Source of the DNA: Opitutaceae bacterium
Lineage (GTDB): Bacteria; Verrucomicrobiota; Verrucomicrobiia; Opitutales; Opitutaceae
Length of the DNA: 64,000 nt
Assembly (NCBI GenBank): GCA_041652235.1
Contig: JBAZHQ010000001.1
Coordinates: 32-64,031 of the forward strand
Direction: 5' to 3'
Shown here: one piece after another, positions 36,175-44,016 of the stretch
Position numbering within the stretch: the stretch's first letter is position 1
Layout: each line of letters opens with the position of its first letter
Position numbers and translations under genes: made by a program
Notes under the pieces: model-generated
The model's input: only the letters and a program-made list of their open reading frames with translations
The model's database searches: none
Told to the model about the DNA's origin: nothing

Positions 36175-36370
36175 CACCACCTCCTTTGCTATTAGCCGAT
36201 ACACACTGCTCGGACTCGACCAACTCCTCACGCAAAATCCGGACGTCGTCCGGAGCATCGAAACCTAGCTTAGTGCAACCACTCGTCTGGTGGACAACGG
36301 TGACCTTGATCACCTCTCCGCCGACGAGGATACAAACAGACTGCCCCACCCTTCGAGACAAAACAAGCAT
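36164..36370 (-). CDS. csrA: CsrA/RsmA-family RNA-binding translational regulator
   Basis: MLVLSRRVGQSVCILVGGEVIKVTVV....KLGFDAPDDVRILREEL aligns by eye along the whole CsrA consensus (MLILTRR.GE...IG..I.V.VL......R.GI.AP....V.REE). Confidence 0.75.
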   Translation of the reverse strand: MLVLSRRVGQSVCILVGGEVIKVTVVHQTSGCTKLGFDAPDDVRILREELVESEQCVSANSKGGGDGS

Positions 36371-36458
36371 GATCTGAACCTCCCTTTTCGGTAAAACCGG
36401 GGGAGGGAAGTCTGATAGTTGACTTCCCTCCCCACTCCCCCAAGCAGCCGACCTATTC

Positions 36459-37265
36459 CTACTCGACGATGCCCCTCTCGACCAGCTCGGCCAGCACGGC
36501 CTTCACGGCCGCAATCTGCACGTTCGCCGTCCCCTCCCCGGGAACGATGCCGCGCTTTTCCAACCGCGAGAGGATCTTCCGGGCGTCCACTTCGTGGTTC
36601 TTGGTCCACGCCGTGATGTACTCCGCCCGAATCGCCGCGTTGATGCCGACTTTCTTCGGCTTGGCCTCTTTCGCGGGCTTGGCGGACTTGGCCGCCTTCT
36701 TGGCCGGCTTGGCGGGCTTGGCCGCCTTCTTGGCCGGCTTGGCGGGCTCTTCGTCCTCCTCCTCTTCGTCCTCATCCTCCTCGTCGGCCTCGTCCTCCTC
36801 TTCGTCCTCATCCTCCTCTTCGTCCTCATCCTCCTCGTCGGCCTCATCCTCGTCGTCATCCTCCTCTTCGCCCTCATCCTCCTCTTCGTCCTCATCCTCC
36901 TCTTCGTCCTCGTCCTCGTCGGCCTCATCCTCCTCTTCGGCCTCGTCGGCCTTCTTGGCCGGCTTGGCGGGCTTGGCGGGCTTGGCGGGCTTGGCCGGCT
37001 TCTTGGCAGGCTTTGCCGACGCGTCCTCATCCGGATCGTCGACCGGCTTGTTGGCCTTGATCGCCAGCACACCGTCGTTCACCCAGTCCTGGGCGTCGTC
37101 GCTCAGGCTGTTCCAGGCCGCCTCCTCGTCCTCGGCGTCGACCGGCAGATCCAGCACCGCCTTGACCAGTCGGACCAAGAACGCCTGCCGATCCTCCTTC
37201 TTCTTCGTCTTGATTCCCGTCGCCTCGACCAGCTCCTCCAAAATCGTCTTCGTCTTCACAGCCAT
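36459..37265 (-). CDS. Hyper-acidic protein with flanking KPAKPAK repeats
   Basis: Start at the internal ATG (MAVKTKT). An uninterrupted run of about 65 Asp/Glu residues is bracketed by (A)KPAKK repeats. The N- and C-termini look globular. Confidence 0.6.
   Translation of the reverse strand: MAVKTKTILEELVEATGIKTKKKEDRQAFLVRLVKAVLDLPVDAEDEEAAWNSLSDDAQDWVNDGVLAIKANKPVDDPDEDASAKPAKKPAKPAKPAKPAKPAKKADEAEEEDEADEDEDEEEDEDEEEDEGEEEDDDEDEADEEDEDEEEDEDEEEDEADEEDEDEEEEDEEPAKPAKKAAKPAKPAKKAAKSAKPAKEAKPKKVGINAAIRAEYITAWTKNHEVDARKILSRLEKRGIVPGEGTANVQIAAVKAVLAELVERGIVE
36746..36950 (-). repeat. GAN-triplet low-complexity repeat encoding the Asp/Glu run
   Basis: + strand is (tcctc/gtcctc/atcctc)n. It also generates the poly-Ser + strand ORF 36469..37305, which is an artefact. 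Confidence 0.85.
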
Positions 37266-37358
37266 CGTAAATCTCCTTTTTTGGCCATCTGGCCATACAA
37301 AGTGAAATGGGGAACGCCCCCACAATCTTCTTCCACCACACACATACAAAATCGCACG

Positions 37359-37925
37359 CTACCCTCGACGAAAATCCTCAAGCCACTTCTCAAACATTCC
37401 ACGAAGCGGTGTTCCGGCCGGCAACCGCGCCAGCCTACACAGATACGCATTCGTCGTCTCCCGCCGACCGTCGGCGTGATTCCGGCGAGGCAGCCTCCAC
37501 CGACGCCGCTCCACGGCGTCCAAGAGCTGTCTCACCTCAGGAGGTGCATCCTGGACATGCAACCTCCACTCAATTTCGTCCTCCTCTATTAAGGGATCGG
37601 ATTCAAGCGGCTCGGTCTGCCGCCGACATTTGGCACCTCGGGTGCCACCAATGTTGACGATCCTATTGTGCAACGCGGATCGCCAAAGAGCCAGGAAGTT
37701 ATCCTCGCTCACGTCGGGGTACCTCGACCGGATCGACACAAACAACACGTACGCCTCCTGAAGCAGGTCGTCGAGATCCATCTCCCGCCTCACTCGCCAT
37801 GCCTGCCTCCTGCAGTACCAGATCGCGTACCTGTATGCCGCCTCATCCCATTCCGGCGAGGCATCCCCGGAAAACACAAACAACGATTTTACAGACGCAC
37901 GTACTCGCTCTGCAATCCTAGACAT
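37359..37925 (-). CDS. Sigma-70-family (ECF-like) sigma factor candidate
   Basis: DLLQEAYVLFVSI...FLALWRSALHNRIVNI resembles sigma region 2. The region-4-like C-terminus is weak. Confidence 0.45.
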   Translation of the reverse strand: MSRIAERVRASVKSLFVFSGDASPEWDEAAYRYAIWYCRRQAWRVRREMDLDDLLQEAYVLFVSIRSRYPDVSEDNFLALWRSALHNRIVNIGGTRGAKCRRQTEPLESDPLIEEDEIEWRLHVQDAPPEVRQLLDAVERRRWRLPRRNHADGRRETTNAYLCRLARLPAGTPLRGMFEKWLEDFRRG

Positions 37926-37973
37926 CCAGTATCCTCCCTAGATCGAAAACCGCCAGCCGCCAGAGCAACCTGT

Positions 37974-38002
37974 ATGATAAAACCCTCGGCGGCCGGTGTC
38001 AA
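37974..38002 (-). promoter_or_regulatory. Sigma70-like promoter upstream of the sigma-like gene
   Basis: Minus strand reads TTGACA (38002..37997), 17 nt, TATCAT (37979..37974). Confidence 0.55.
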
Positions 38003-38006
38003 CCCG

Positions 38007-38225
38007 TCAGTGAACGTGCCCGTCCTGCGTATGCTCGTGCAGAACATGTTGCATGCTGTGGCCAACCTCCAGCCTCGACCTCTTGCGAATGGTGGTCTCG
38101 CCGCCAACCGTATCGGCGAGCATCTTGAGCAGCCTATCGGCCGAAACATGATTCGGCCCACTCAAGTCGTCCGTGGTCACAGTGATGGTTCCGTCCTCCA
38201 GAATCTCATACTGAATCTTTGACAT
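38007..38225 (-). CDS. DUF2997-like small protein
   Basis: MSKIQYEILEDGTITVTTDDLSGPNHVSADRLLKMLADTVGGE matches my recollection of the DUF2997 pattern (short beta-hairpin I.DG.V....G..G..C......LE). Confidence 0.35.
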   Translation of the reverse strand: MSKIQYEILEDGTITVTTDDLSGPNHVSADRLLKMLADTVGGETTIRKRSRLEVGHSMQHVLHEHTQDGHVH

Positions 38226-38545
38226 CACAGCATCTCCCTCACAAAGGCCCCCTTGGTCACATTCTCGGTCTCGATCAACCAGCCGTTCAACTTCGCGGTC
38301 TGCTTGATCGCCTGCACACTGTAGGCGCGCTTCAATTCATTCACGCGAAATTGCTGCTGATCCTGGGCCACCACAACCCCAGCAGACAGATCGACGGTCA
38401 TCTCGTAGCCACCTTGGGGTCGCACTAGCACGCGAGCACCGCTCACCGCATAGGTCCAACCCAACGCCTGGATCGCCTTGATCAGCAGATCCTTGTGGGC
38501 TGCCTGAAATTCGACGGACACAGTCCGCACCTCGTAACAGGGCAT
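38225..38545 (-). CDS. DUF1257-like protein
   Basis: 106 aa with TGATG overlaps on both sides. KAIQALGW... resembles DUF1257 proteins, which accompany DUF2997 and AAA ATPases. Confidence 0.35.
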   Translation of the reverse strand: MPCYEVRTVSVEFQAAHKDLLIKAIQALGWTYAVSGARVLVRPQGGYEMTVDLSAGVVVAQDQQQFRVNELKRAYSVQAIKQTAKLNGWLIETENVTKGAFVREML

Positions 38546-39489
38546 CACAGAGTCTCCCTTTTTCTAAAGCTGATCGCACGTCGCGGCGCGACCTCCATCA
38601 AGGTATCGAGCGAAGAGATCACCCGGATCATCTCGTCCATCACCTCGCCACCGACAGCCGCCTGCCGCAGGCTACCTGCGCTCTTGCCTGCCAGCACCTC
38701 CCGCGCCTGGGAAACGAGATTTCCAAGCTCGGCGTCCCCGGTGATGTTCCGAGCCGAAAACAGATCTAAGAACTCGGTCAGCTTCGTCACCGCCGAAGCA
38801 TGAAGCCTCTTTCGACCCCCATCCGGATTCGGCATCAGCCGATCGGCGAGCCCACCAACCAGATCTCGGAATGCCTGCCGCAGGGCGGTGCGAATCTCCT
38901 CCGTGGCCTCCCGCCACGTGTTCTCGGCGCGCTTCTTTTCCACCTCCCACAGGGCCTTCCCCAGTTTGGCCTCGCTCGGGGTTCCGAAATCGAGCCACCG
39001 CCGTTCCACGGAAAAGGCTGCCCGCAGAACCGACTCCTCGGGATAGTTCCGAGGATCCCATTGATCCTTCAGCCGAATCCTGGCCTTCTCTTTCAGTTTC
39101 GGGTAGGCCGCCAGGAATTTCCTGGCGAGCCGTGCATACAAAAGATCGACCTCGTCCATGTGTGTGTTGACCGCGTCGATCAACTCAAGCGGGACCAGAT
39201 ATGTCCCGCGCTTCAGGGGGCTGGGAAGCGATCTGTTTTCCAGCCACCTCCGAGTGTCGCCGGCCAGTCGCAGCACACGTCGGTAGGATTTTGACACGAC
39301 GATGGCCTTCGTCAGGCCCAGCATCGCCTTGTCGGCGTCCGTCGACACCAGGGAGAGGTCCGCCTTGCGGCGGATCCCGGGCCGGTGGAACGTGACGTCC
39401 AGCACCACACACCTCTCCATCAAGCTCTTCGCCGAGGAGTCCACCCCAGCCAAACTGTCGGCCAGGGACAACCGTCTTCGCTTCGCCAT
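38545..39489 (-). CDS. DUF3150-like protein
   Basis: 314 aa. VLDVTFHRPGIRRKADL...LGLTKAIV...YLVPLELIDAV fits my memory of the DUF3150 layout. No search was possible. Confidence 0.35.
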   Translation of the reverse strand: MAKRRRLSLADSLAGVDSSAKSLMERCVVLDVTFHRPGIRRKADLSLVSTDADKAMLGLTKAIVVSKSYRRVLRLAGDTRRWLENRSLPSPLKRGTYLVPLELIDAVNTHMDEVDLLYARLARKFLAAYPKLKEKARIRLKDQWDPRNYPEESVLRAAFSVERRWLDFGTPSEAKLGKALWEVEKKRAENTWREATEEIRTALRQAFRDLVGGLADRLMPNPDGGRKRLHASAVTKLTEFLDLFSARNITGDAELGNLVSQAREVLAGKSAGSLRQAAVGGEVMDEMIRVISSLDTLMEVAPRRAISFRKRETL

Positions 39490-39500
39490 TTCAGTGTCTC

Positions 39501-40904
39501 CTATAAGCTGATCCGCCGACGTTGCCCAGCGTTAGGCTGTCGGCCGAAAAGGTCGCCAGTGCTCGCCCCCAGGTATCGTCCGTCCGCCTCCGACCGCAGG
39601 CTCTCCAGCTCCTGTGGTGCCGCCACGGCAACAGGCACAAAGTACCTCGCGGCCTCGCTGATGCTGCAGTCCAAATTCCAAGCAAGGTCGCAGCACGTCT
39701 TGATCTCCGCCCCAGTCCATTGGGAGTCCTGCGGCATTTCCTGTGTCGCGGCCTTCGGCAGCTTGTACTGCGTCTTGTAGTGCTTCCAGATCTTCCCCCG
39801 CTCCTCAGCCGTAGGAAGATCGAAGAAGTATGTGCCGAAATTAAACCGCCGCCGAAGCGCGGTCGGAATCCCCGCGATCGAATTGCAGGTCGCGATCCAG
39901 AGCGCGTTGTCGCTCGATACAGCCGAGATGACCTTGATCGCGTTGCGAACCGCGCCCTCGCTGGATCCGACCAGCCCGCCCTTCATCGCGTTCGAGTCCC
40001 ACGCAATCGTCGGCACCTTGGCCTCGCAGCCGACCGCTTTGGCCAGCATGCTTTTGCCGGCACCCGGTGGGCCGAGGAGAATCAACCCACGAGCGTTCTG
40101 ATCTTGCATCGATGTCAGCAGCGTTCCCAGGATCCCCTGGCTCACGCCAGAGCTGTCCGACCCCGCCCCGGACGACCCTGCCAGCATCTTTTCGATCTCA
40201 TCGATCCATACTATCGCGTTCGGCGGCCGTCGACCCTTGATAATCCGCCGCAGGAAACCCTTGATAAAATCGAGCCCACCAACATCCTTAAACGACTCGG
40301 TGCCCCGCCATACAGAGAGCCCCTTGGTTTGCTCGATCTGTTTCCGCTTCGAATCCCAGAGGTGATCCAGATCGATCCCATCCTCCCGCAGCGCCATCGC
40401 GACGGCCTGCTCAGCCGCAAAGCTCGACAACCCGCGAACCGCCTCGACCGCCTTCGCAGCCGTGGCGTCGTCCAGGGCGTCGTACCCAGCCGCCACCCGC
40501 GATCCATCACAATCCCGCACGATCGCGAGCAGCTCGTCGTCGCTCGGCAACAATTCGTCGAGCACGACGACATCGTTGATCAGCCCCGTCGGCAATTGAT
40601 GATCGCTGCCAAGCATCACCAGCATCCGATGATTCGCCTTGTAGGCGTCTCGGAGATTCCATACACCCTGCTCCACTCGCGGAGACAGGGCGAAGTACGC
40701 CGGAGCGTTTTGGTAGAACACGATCGTGTTCTCTGGATATTTCTCTGCCCGGGAGAGAAATATCGCGGGCTGCCCGATCGTGATGTCGTCGTCTCGATCG
40801 CCGGTCATACTGGCGACCTCACGGCCGGGCTCGTTGACGGGCAGAACCCCGCGACAAATATCCCATTGCACAATCGGAGCGTCGTTCCCAATCAACCCGC
40901 TCAC
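39501..40904 (-). CDS. Classic-clade AAA+ ATPase (main body)
   Basis: Walker A ILLGPPGAGKSMLAKAVG, Walker B IVWIDEIEK and SRH ATCNSIAGIPTALRRRFN. The track start is a GTG at 40904. See the N-terminal fragment 40901..40996. Confidence 0.8.
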   Translation of the reverse strand: MSGLIGNDAPIVQWDICRGVLPVNEPGREVASMTGDRDDDITIGQPAIFLSRAEKYPENTIVFYQNAPAYFALSPRVEQGVWNLRDAYKANHRMLVMLGSDHQLPTGLINDVVVLDELLPSDDELLAIVRDCDGSRVAAGYDALDDATAAKAVEAVRGLSSFAAEQAVAMALREDGIDLDHLWDSKRKQIEQTKGLSVWRGTESFKDVGGLDFIKGFLRRIIKGRRPPNAIVWIDEIEKMLAGSSGAGSDSSGVSQGILGTLLTSMQDQNARGLILLGPPGAGKSMLAKAVGCEAKVPTIAWDSNAMKGGLVGSSEGAVRNAIKVISAVSSDNALWIATCNSIAGIPTALRRRFNFGTYFFDLPTAEERGKIWKHYKTQYKLPKAATQEMPQDSQWTGAEIKTCCDLAWNLDCSISEAARYFVPVAVAAPQELESLRSEADGRYLGASTGDLFGRQPNAGQRRRISL

Positions 40905-40996
40905 CGACCGACAGTCGATGCCGGGTCTGGGGTGGCAATAGCCACGAGTGGCACGCTCACCCGACGGGCGTGCCCCAATTTGTCCAACCAGTTCAT
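40901..40996 (-). CDS. 31-codon ORF that looks like the true N-terminus of the AAA+ gene, out of frame by -1
   Basis: ATG 40996 is preceded by the conserved leader AAGGTAAGGGAGACTTGAA. It encodes MNWLDKLGHARRVSVPLVAIATPDPASTVGR and stops at 40901-40903, overlapping the GTG of the AAA ORF. Confidence 0.35.
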   Translation of the reverse strand: MNWLDKLGHARRVSVPLVAIATPDPASTVGR

Positions 40997-41015
40997 TTCA
41001 AGTCTCCCTTACCTT
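40997..41015 (-). promoter_or_regulatory. Start-associated leader, copy 1 (AAA+ gene)
   Basis: Minus strand reads AAGGTAAGGGAGACTTGAA directly before the ATG. Confidence 0.7.
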
Positions 41016-41689
41016 TACCTTGTTACGGAAAACGCGTCATACTCCAACTCTGCTCCATCGAACGTCAGAACCCCCACATAGTTGTTGCGAATCGCCTTGA
41101 TGGTCCCAGGCAGCCCGCTCGGAAGGCTCGCGAGGTAAAACCCACGCTTCGACTCGCCAAAACACAGCGGATTGCCCTTCCTGGCGATCATCAGCCGAAC
41201 GGGCTTGCGCCACAATCCCAGCATCGCCAACGGCGCGGTCGCCTGCTCGGCAGCCATCGCCGATCGCATCCCGATCTCGCCCGGGAAACGCGCGATCATC
41301 AACCCCAAGATCTCACTGTCGCATTCCGATTTCGGCCGCAGCCGGTACCGCCGAGATAGCTCGCGGTAGTTGCTCACCACCCCATTGTGTACGATCCAGC
41401 CGCTTCCGGCCGGATGGGGGTGATTGTTGCAATTATCCTCCGGATCTCCGTGGGTCGCCCATCGGCAGTGCCCGATCACCGCCAGGGCATCCCGGCATGC
41501 CTCCAGGGCCTCCAGGTTGGCCGACGCTGGGCCAGCCTGCTTGTAGGTATGGATTGCCCAAGACTGATCCACCCACGCAAGTCCGAAGGCGTGGCGGCCC
41601 CGCGTCTCGGTTTCCAGGGCGATGCGTTTCAGCCGATCGATATTCGGCCCCCGTCCGTTCTTCGTAATGAATCCGAAAATACCACACAT
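41015..41689 (-). CDS. Class II (Ntn) glutamine amidotransferase domain protein
   Basis: N-terminal nucleophile MCGIFGF, GHCRWATHG and HNGVVSNY motifs. Confidence 0.75.
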   Translation of the reverse strand: MCGIFGFITKNGRGPNIDRLKRIALETETRGRHAFGLAWVDQSWAIHTYKQAGPASANLEALEACRDALAVIGHCRWATHGDPEDNCNNHPHPAGSGWIVHNGVVSNYRELSRRYRLRPKSECDSEILGLMIARFPGEIGMRSAMAAEQATAPLAMLGLWRKPVRLMIARKGNPLCFGESKRGFYLASLPSGLPGTIKAIRNNYVGVLTFDGAELEYDAFSVTR

Positions 41690-41708
41690 GCTAAGTCTCC
41701 TTTACCTT
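41690..41708 (-). promoter_or_regulatory. Start-associated leader, copy 2 (GATase gene)
   Basis: Minus strand reads AAGGTAAAGGAGACTTAGC directly before the ATG. Confidence 0.7.
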
Positions 41709-41721
41709 TTGGGTTGCCTCA

Positions 41722-41770
41722 TCAGGTGGCGGGAACCCATCCCGCCACGACGCCCTTGCGGGCGTTTCGG
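41722..41770 (-). terminator. Two adjacent hairpins after the small gene (GNRA-loop hairpin plus a 9-bp hairpin)
   Basis: Minus strand reads ACGCCC-GCAA-GGGCGT, then GTGGCGGGA-TGGGT-TCCCGCCAC. No U-tract. Confidence 0.45.
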
Positions 41771-41771
41771 C

Positions 41772-42042
41772 CTAGTCCGCCGAGTTGATCCGATCCGCAA
41801 GCCCGCGCGCCTCCGCCAGGGCGCGTCCCAAAGCGGATCGCGGGCCGGTGTGCTCGCGGTACCCCACCCCACAATACTCGATCCGGATCCCGCGTCTCTC
41901 CGCAAGATCGCGGCGCAGCACCCGGAGCCGCTCCGCCCCCCTCGGGCACGACCTGCACCGCGACGTAGGTATCCGGCCCGCCAAATCGGTTCGCAACGCT
42001 TCCGCGTGAATGCTGACTTCTGATTTCAACATAAGCTTTCAT
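41772..42042 (-). pseudogene. Small gene apparently split by a frameshift in a G6 run
   Basis: MKAYVEIRSQHSRGSVANRFGGPDTYVAVQVVPEGG (frame of ORF 41722..42042) continues plausibly as AERLRVLRRDLAERRGIRIEYCGVGYREHTGPRSALGRALAEARGLADRINSAD (ORF 41772..42032). The frames switch at the C6/G6 run 41936-41941. Confidence 0.3.
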
Positions 42043-42074
42043 GGCTCAACTCCTGTTTGTATCCAATGCCAAAG

Positions 42075-42359
42075 TTACCGTTCCAAAACCCCTGGGCCGC
42101 TCTGGGCCGCCACCGACAAATGCCAGCCCACCACCTCGCCCATCCGATCGATGTTTGCAACCAACGCCCCCTTCCGCTCCAGCACCACGGCTGCCCGGAC
42201 CAGCCGGGCAAACCGCAGCATCTTGCTCTGCCCCAGCCTCGGCATCTGCTCGATGCTCAGGTACGCTACGGGGCCACCAACCTGCGACCACCGCGCGCCC
42301 AACTTAGCGAGCCGCAGCAGAACATCCTCTGCTGCAGCTACAAGATGACGATTGCCCAT
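42075..42359 (-). CDS. Hypothetical protein (94 aa)
   Basis: Internal ATG (MGNRHLV) is preceded by GAAAGGAGCATTCG. Confidence 0.4.
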   Translation of the reverse strand: MGNRHLVAAAEDVLLRLAKLGARWSQVGGPVAYLSIEQMPRLGQSKMLRFARLVRAAVVLERKGALVANIDRMGEVVGWHLSVAAQSGPGVLER

Positions 42360-42372
42360 CGAATGCTCCTTT

Positions 42373-43077
42373 CTATCGAACCCACCTGTGGGCCTCTTCC
42401 AATCGCGCGGGCCTGGCCTCGCCGGCCAGTACCTCACGAAACATTCTAGCGATCGTATCCCAGTAGGCCGCCTCAAGCTGCCTCGCGCGAAATTGCTTGG
42501 TCGTCTCGATGTTGTGCGCCGGCGACGTCGATCGCCCGTCGAAGTTGTCACCCATACAAAACCGCAGGGCATCGCTGTGGCCATAGTCGAGATACTCAAG
42601 AATCTCGTCCGAGGTTATCCTCTGCTCAGAAATCATCATCACCTGCGCCTCGCAGAACCGCACCCGATCCAGGGTCGCGATGGCCTGCACCGCACCCTCA
42701 AGCTTCCACGTGATCGCCGTCCGACAGTCCGCGATCGATTTGGCAACCTGATCCTGGAACGCCTTGATCTCCGCAACCAGATCTCGATCCCAGCTCGCCA
42801 GGCTCTTGAGGATCGCAGCCATCGCCTCGGCGATCTCGGGCCGGCCCCGCTCGGCGATCACCTGGCCCAACCGCTCGGCCTCGGCCTCGGCCTCGGCCAT
42901 CACGTGCTCCTCCCGGAGCCGCCGAACAACCGCATTGGCGTGGCAGACAAGCTGCGCCTTGGTCGCACGAACGCCATGGTGAGACACGTCGCATCCCCCG
43001 TCGATCAGGGCTTTGAAAAGCGACTCCTTCGTGGCGCGGCTGATCTCGTCGGTCGTCGTTTTGTACGTAAGATTCAT
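42373..43077 (-). CDS. Hypothetical helical protein (234 aa)
   Basis: Internal ATG (MNLTYKT) is preceded by TAGGAGACGAGAG. Confidence 0.5.
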   Translation of the reverse strand: MNLTYKTTTDEISRATKESLFKALIDGGCDVSHHGVRATKAQLVCHANAVVRRLREEHVMAEAEAEAERLGQVIAERGRPEIAEAMAAILKSLASWDRDLVAEIKAFQDQVAKSIADCRTAITWKLEGAVQAIATLDRVRFCEAQVMMISEQRITSDEILEYLDYGHSDALRFCMGDNFDGRSTSPAHNIETTKQFRARQLEAAYWDTIARMFREVLAGEARPARLEEAHRWVR

Positions 43078-43114
43078 CTCTCGTCTCCTATGCCAAAAGT
43101 GAATTTGCACCCCG

Positions 43115-43135
43115 GACGCCCTTGCGGGCGTTTCG
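43115..43135 (-). repeat. 21-nt hairpin repeat GACGCCCTTGCGGGCGTTTCG, copy 2
   Basis: Exact copy of 41749-41769. It sits between the amidoligase stop and the next start. Confidence 0.85.
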
Positions 43136-43161
43136 CCTGCCGCCGCAGGCTCGTCAGCGGG

Positions 43162-44016
43162 TTAGGTTTCCGCGTCGTACTTCTTGGCCAGCCGTCGAAA
43201 CTCCTTCTTGACGACCTTCTGGGTCTCGGCGTCGAGCATCCAGCCATACTGCTTGCCGTTGTGGATCCGGGCGTAGCCCTCGCCCCAAGCCAGGTAGCCC
43301 ATCAACCGCTCGGCCTCGCTTTGGCCCGGGCCGGCTTTGGCCCAGCCGCCCGTCAGCGGCTTGGGTGCCCAGCTCGGCATCCGATTCCCGTTCAAGGCCC
43401 GCTCGACCAGGCCGAGGCAAACCTGAATCCACCCGATCGCCTTGATCTCGTTCAGCGTGCCCGAGAAGGCCCGGAACTCAACCGTGTTCTTCGCCCCGGT
43501 CGCCAGGTTGCGGAGATTCAGGATGTGATAGCGATTCGCGTCCATCTGCCTCTTGGCGGCGGCCTGCGAACCGTACCGCTTGATCCCGTGGCAATAGCTG
43601 CCCCGCTCGCGATGCTTCGTGCCCGTGATCGCGTAGATCCCCGCCTCGGCGTAGGAGGTTATCGTGATCAGCCTGGCCAAGGCTTTGGCCGACCAATCCG
43701 GCCGCCACCCAACATGCACGTGGATCCCGCAGCTCTCGTTGACCAGATGGCCTTTGGCCACCAGGATCCGCATGACCTCGCGAACCTGGGCGAGTCCCTC
43801 GGCACCGCGAAGGATTGGGCTGACGATCTCGCAGCCCAGCGCACCGCTCCCCGACGGCCGGATCGAGCCATCCGATTGAGCCGTCCAGCCGGCCGGCAGG
43901 TAGGGCACCTGAATCCCGTGGCGGTACCCACCGACCACCAACCCAGCCGCAACCGAAGTCTGGGTTGCGATGGTCTCGATCTCGATCCCAAAGGTCAATT
44001 CTGTTACGTCTACCAT
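43162..44016 (-). CDS. Amidoligase_2-family (GCS2/glutamine-synthetase-like) enzyme
   Basis: FGIEIE at the N-terminus, CEIVSP, CGIHVHVG and TVEFRAF motifs are typical of the putative amidoligase family. Confidence 0.7.
   Translation of the reverse strand: MVDVTELTFGIEIETIATQTSVAAGLVVGGYRHGIQVPYLPAGWTAQSDGSIRPSGSGALGCEIVSPILRGAEGLAQVREVMRILVAKGHLVNESCGIHVHVGWRPDWSAKALARLITITSYAEAGIYAITGTKHRERGSYCHGIKRYGSQAAAKRQMDANRYHILNLRNLATGAKNTVEFRAFSGTLNEIKAIGWIQVCLGLVERALNGNRMPSWAPKPLTGGWAKAGPGQSEAERLMGYLAWGEGYARIHNGKQYGWMLDAETQKVVKKEFRRLAKKYDAET

Noticed and set aside
36469-37592. + strand ORFs 36469..37305 (poly-Ser) and 36594..37592 (poly-Leu)
   Set aside because: They are antisense or alternate-frame read-outs of the GAN-triplet repeat that encodes the acidic protein on the minus strand.
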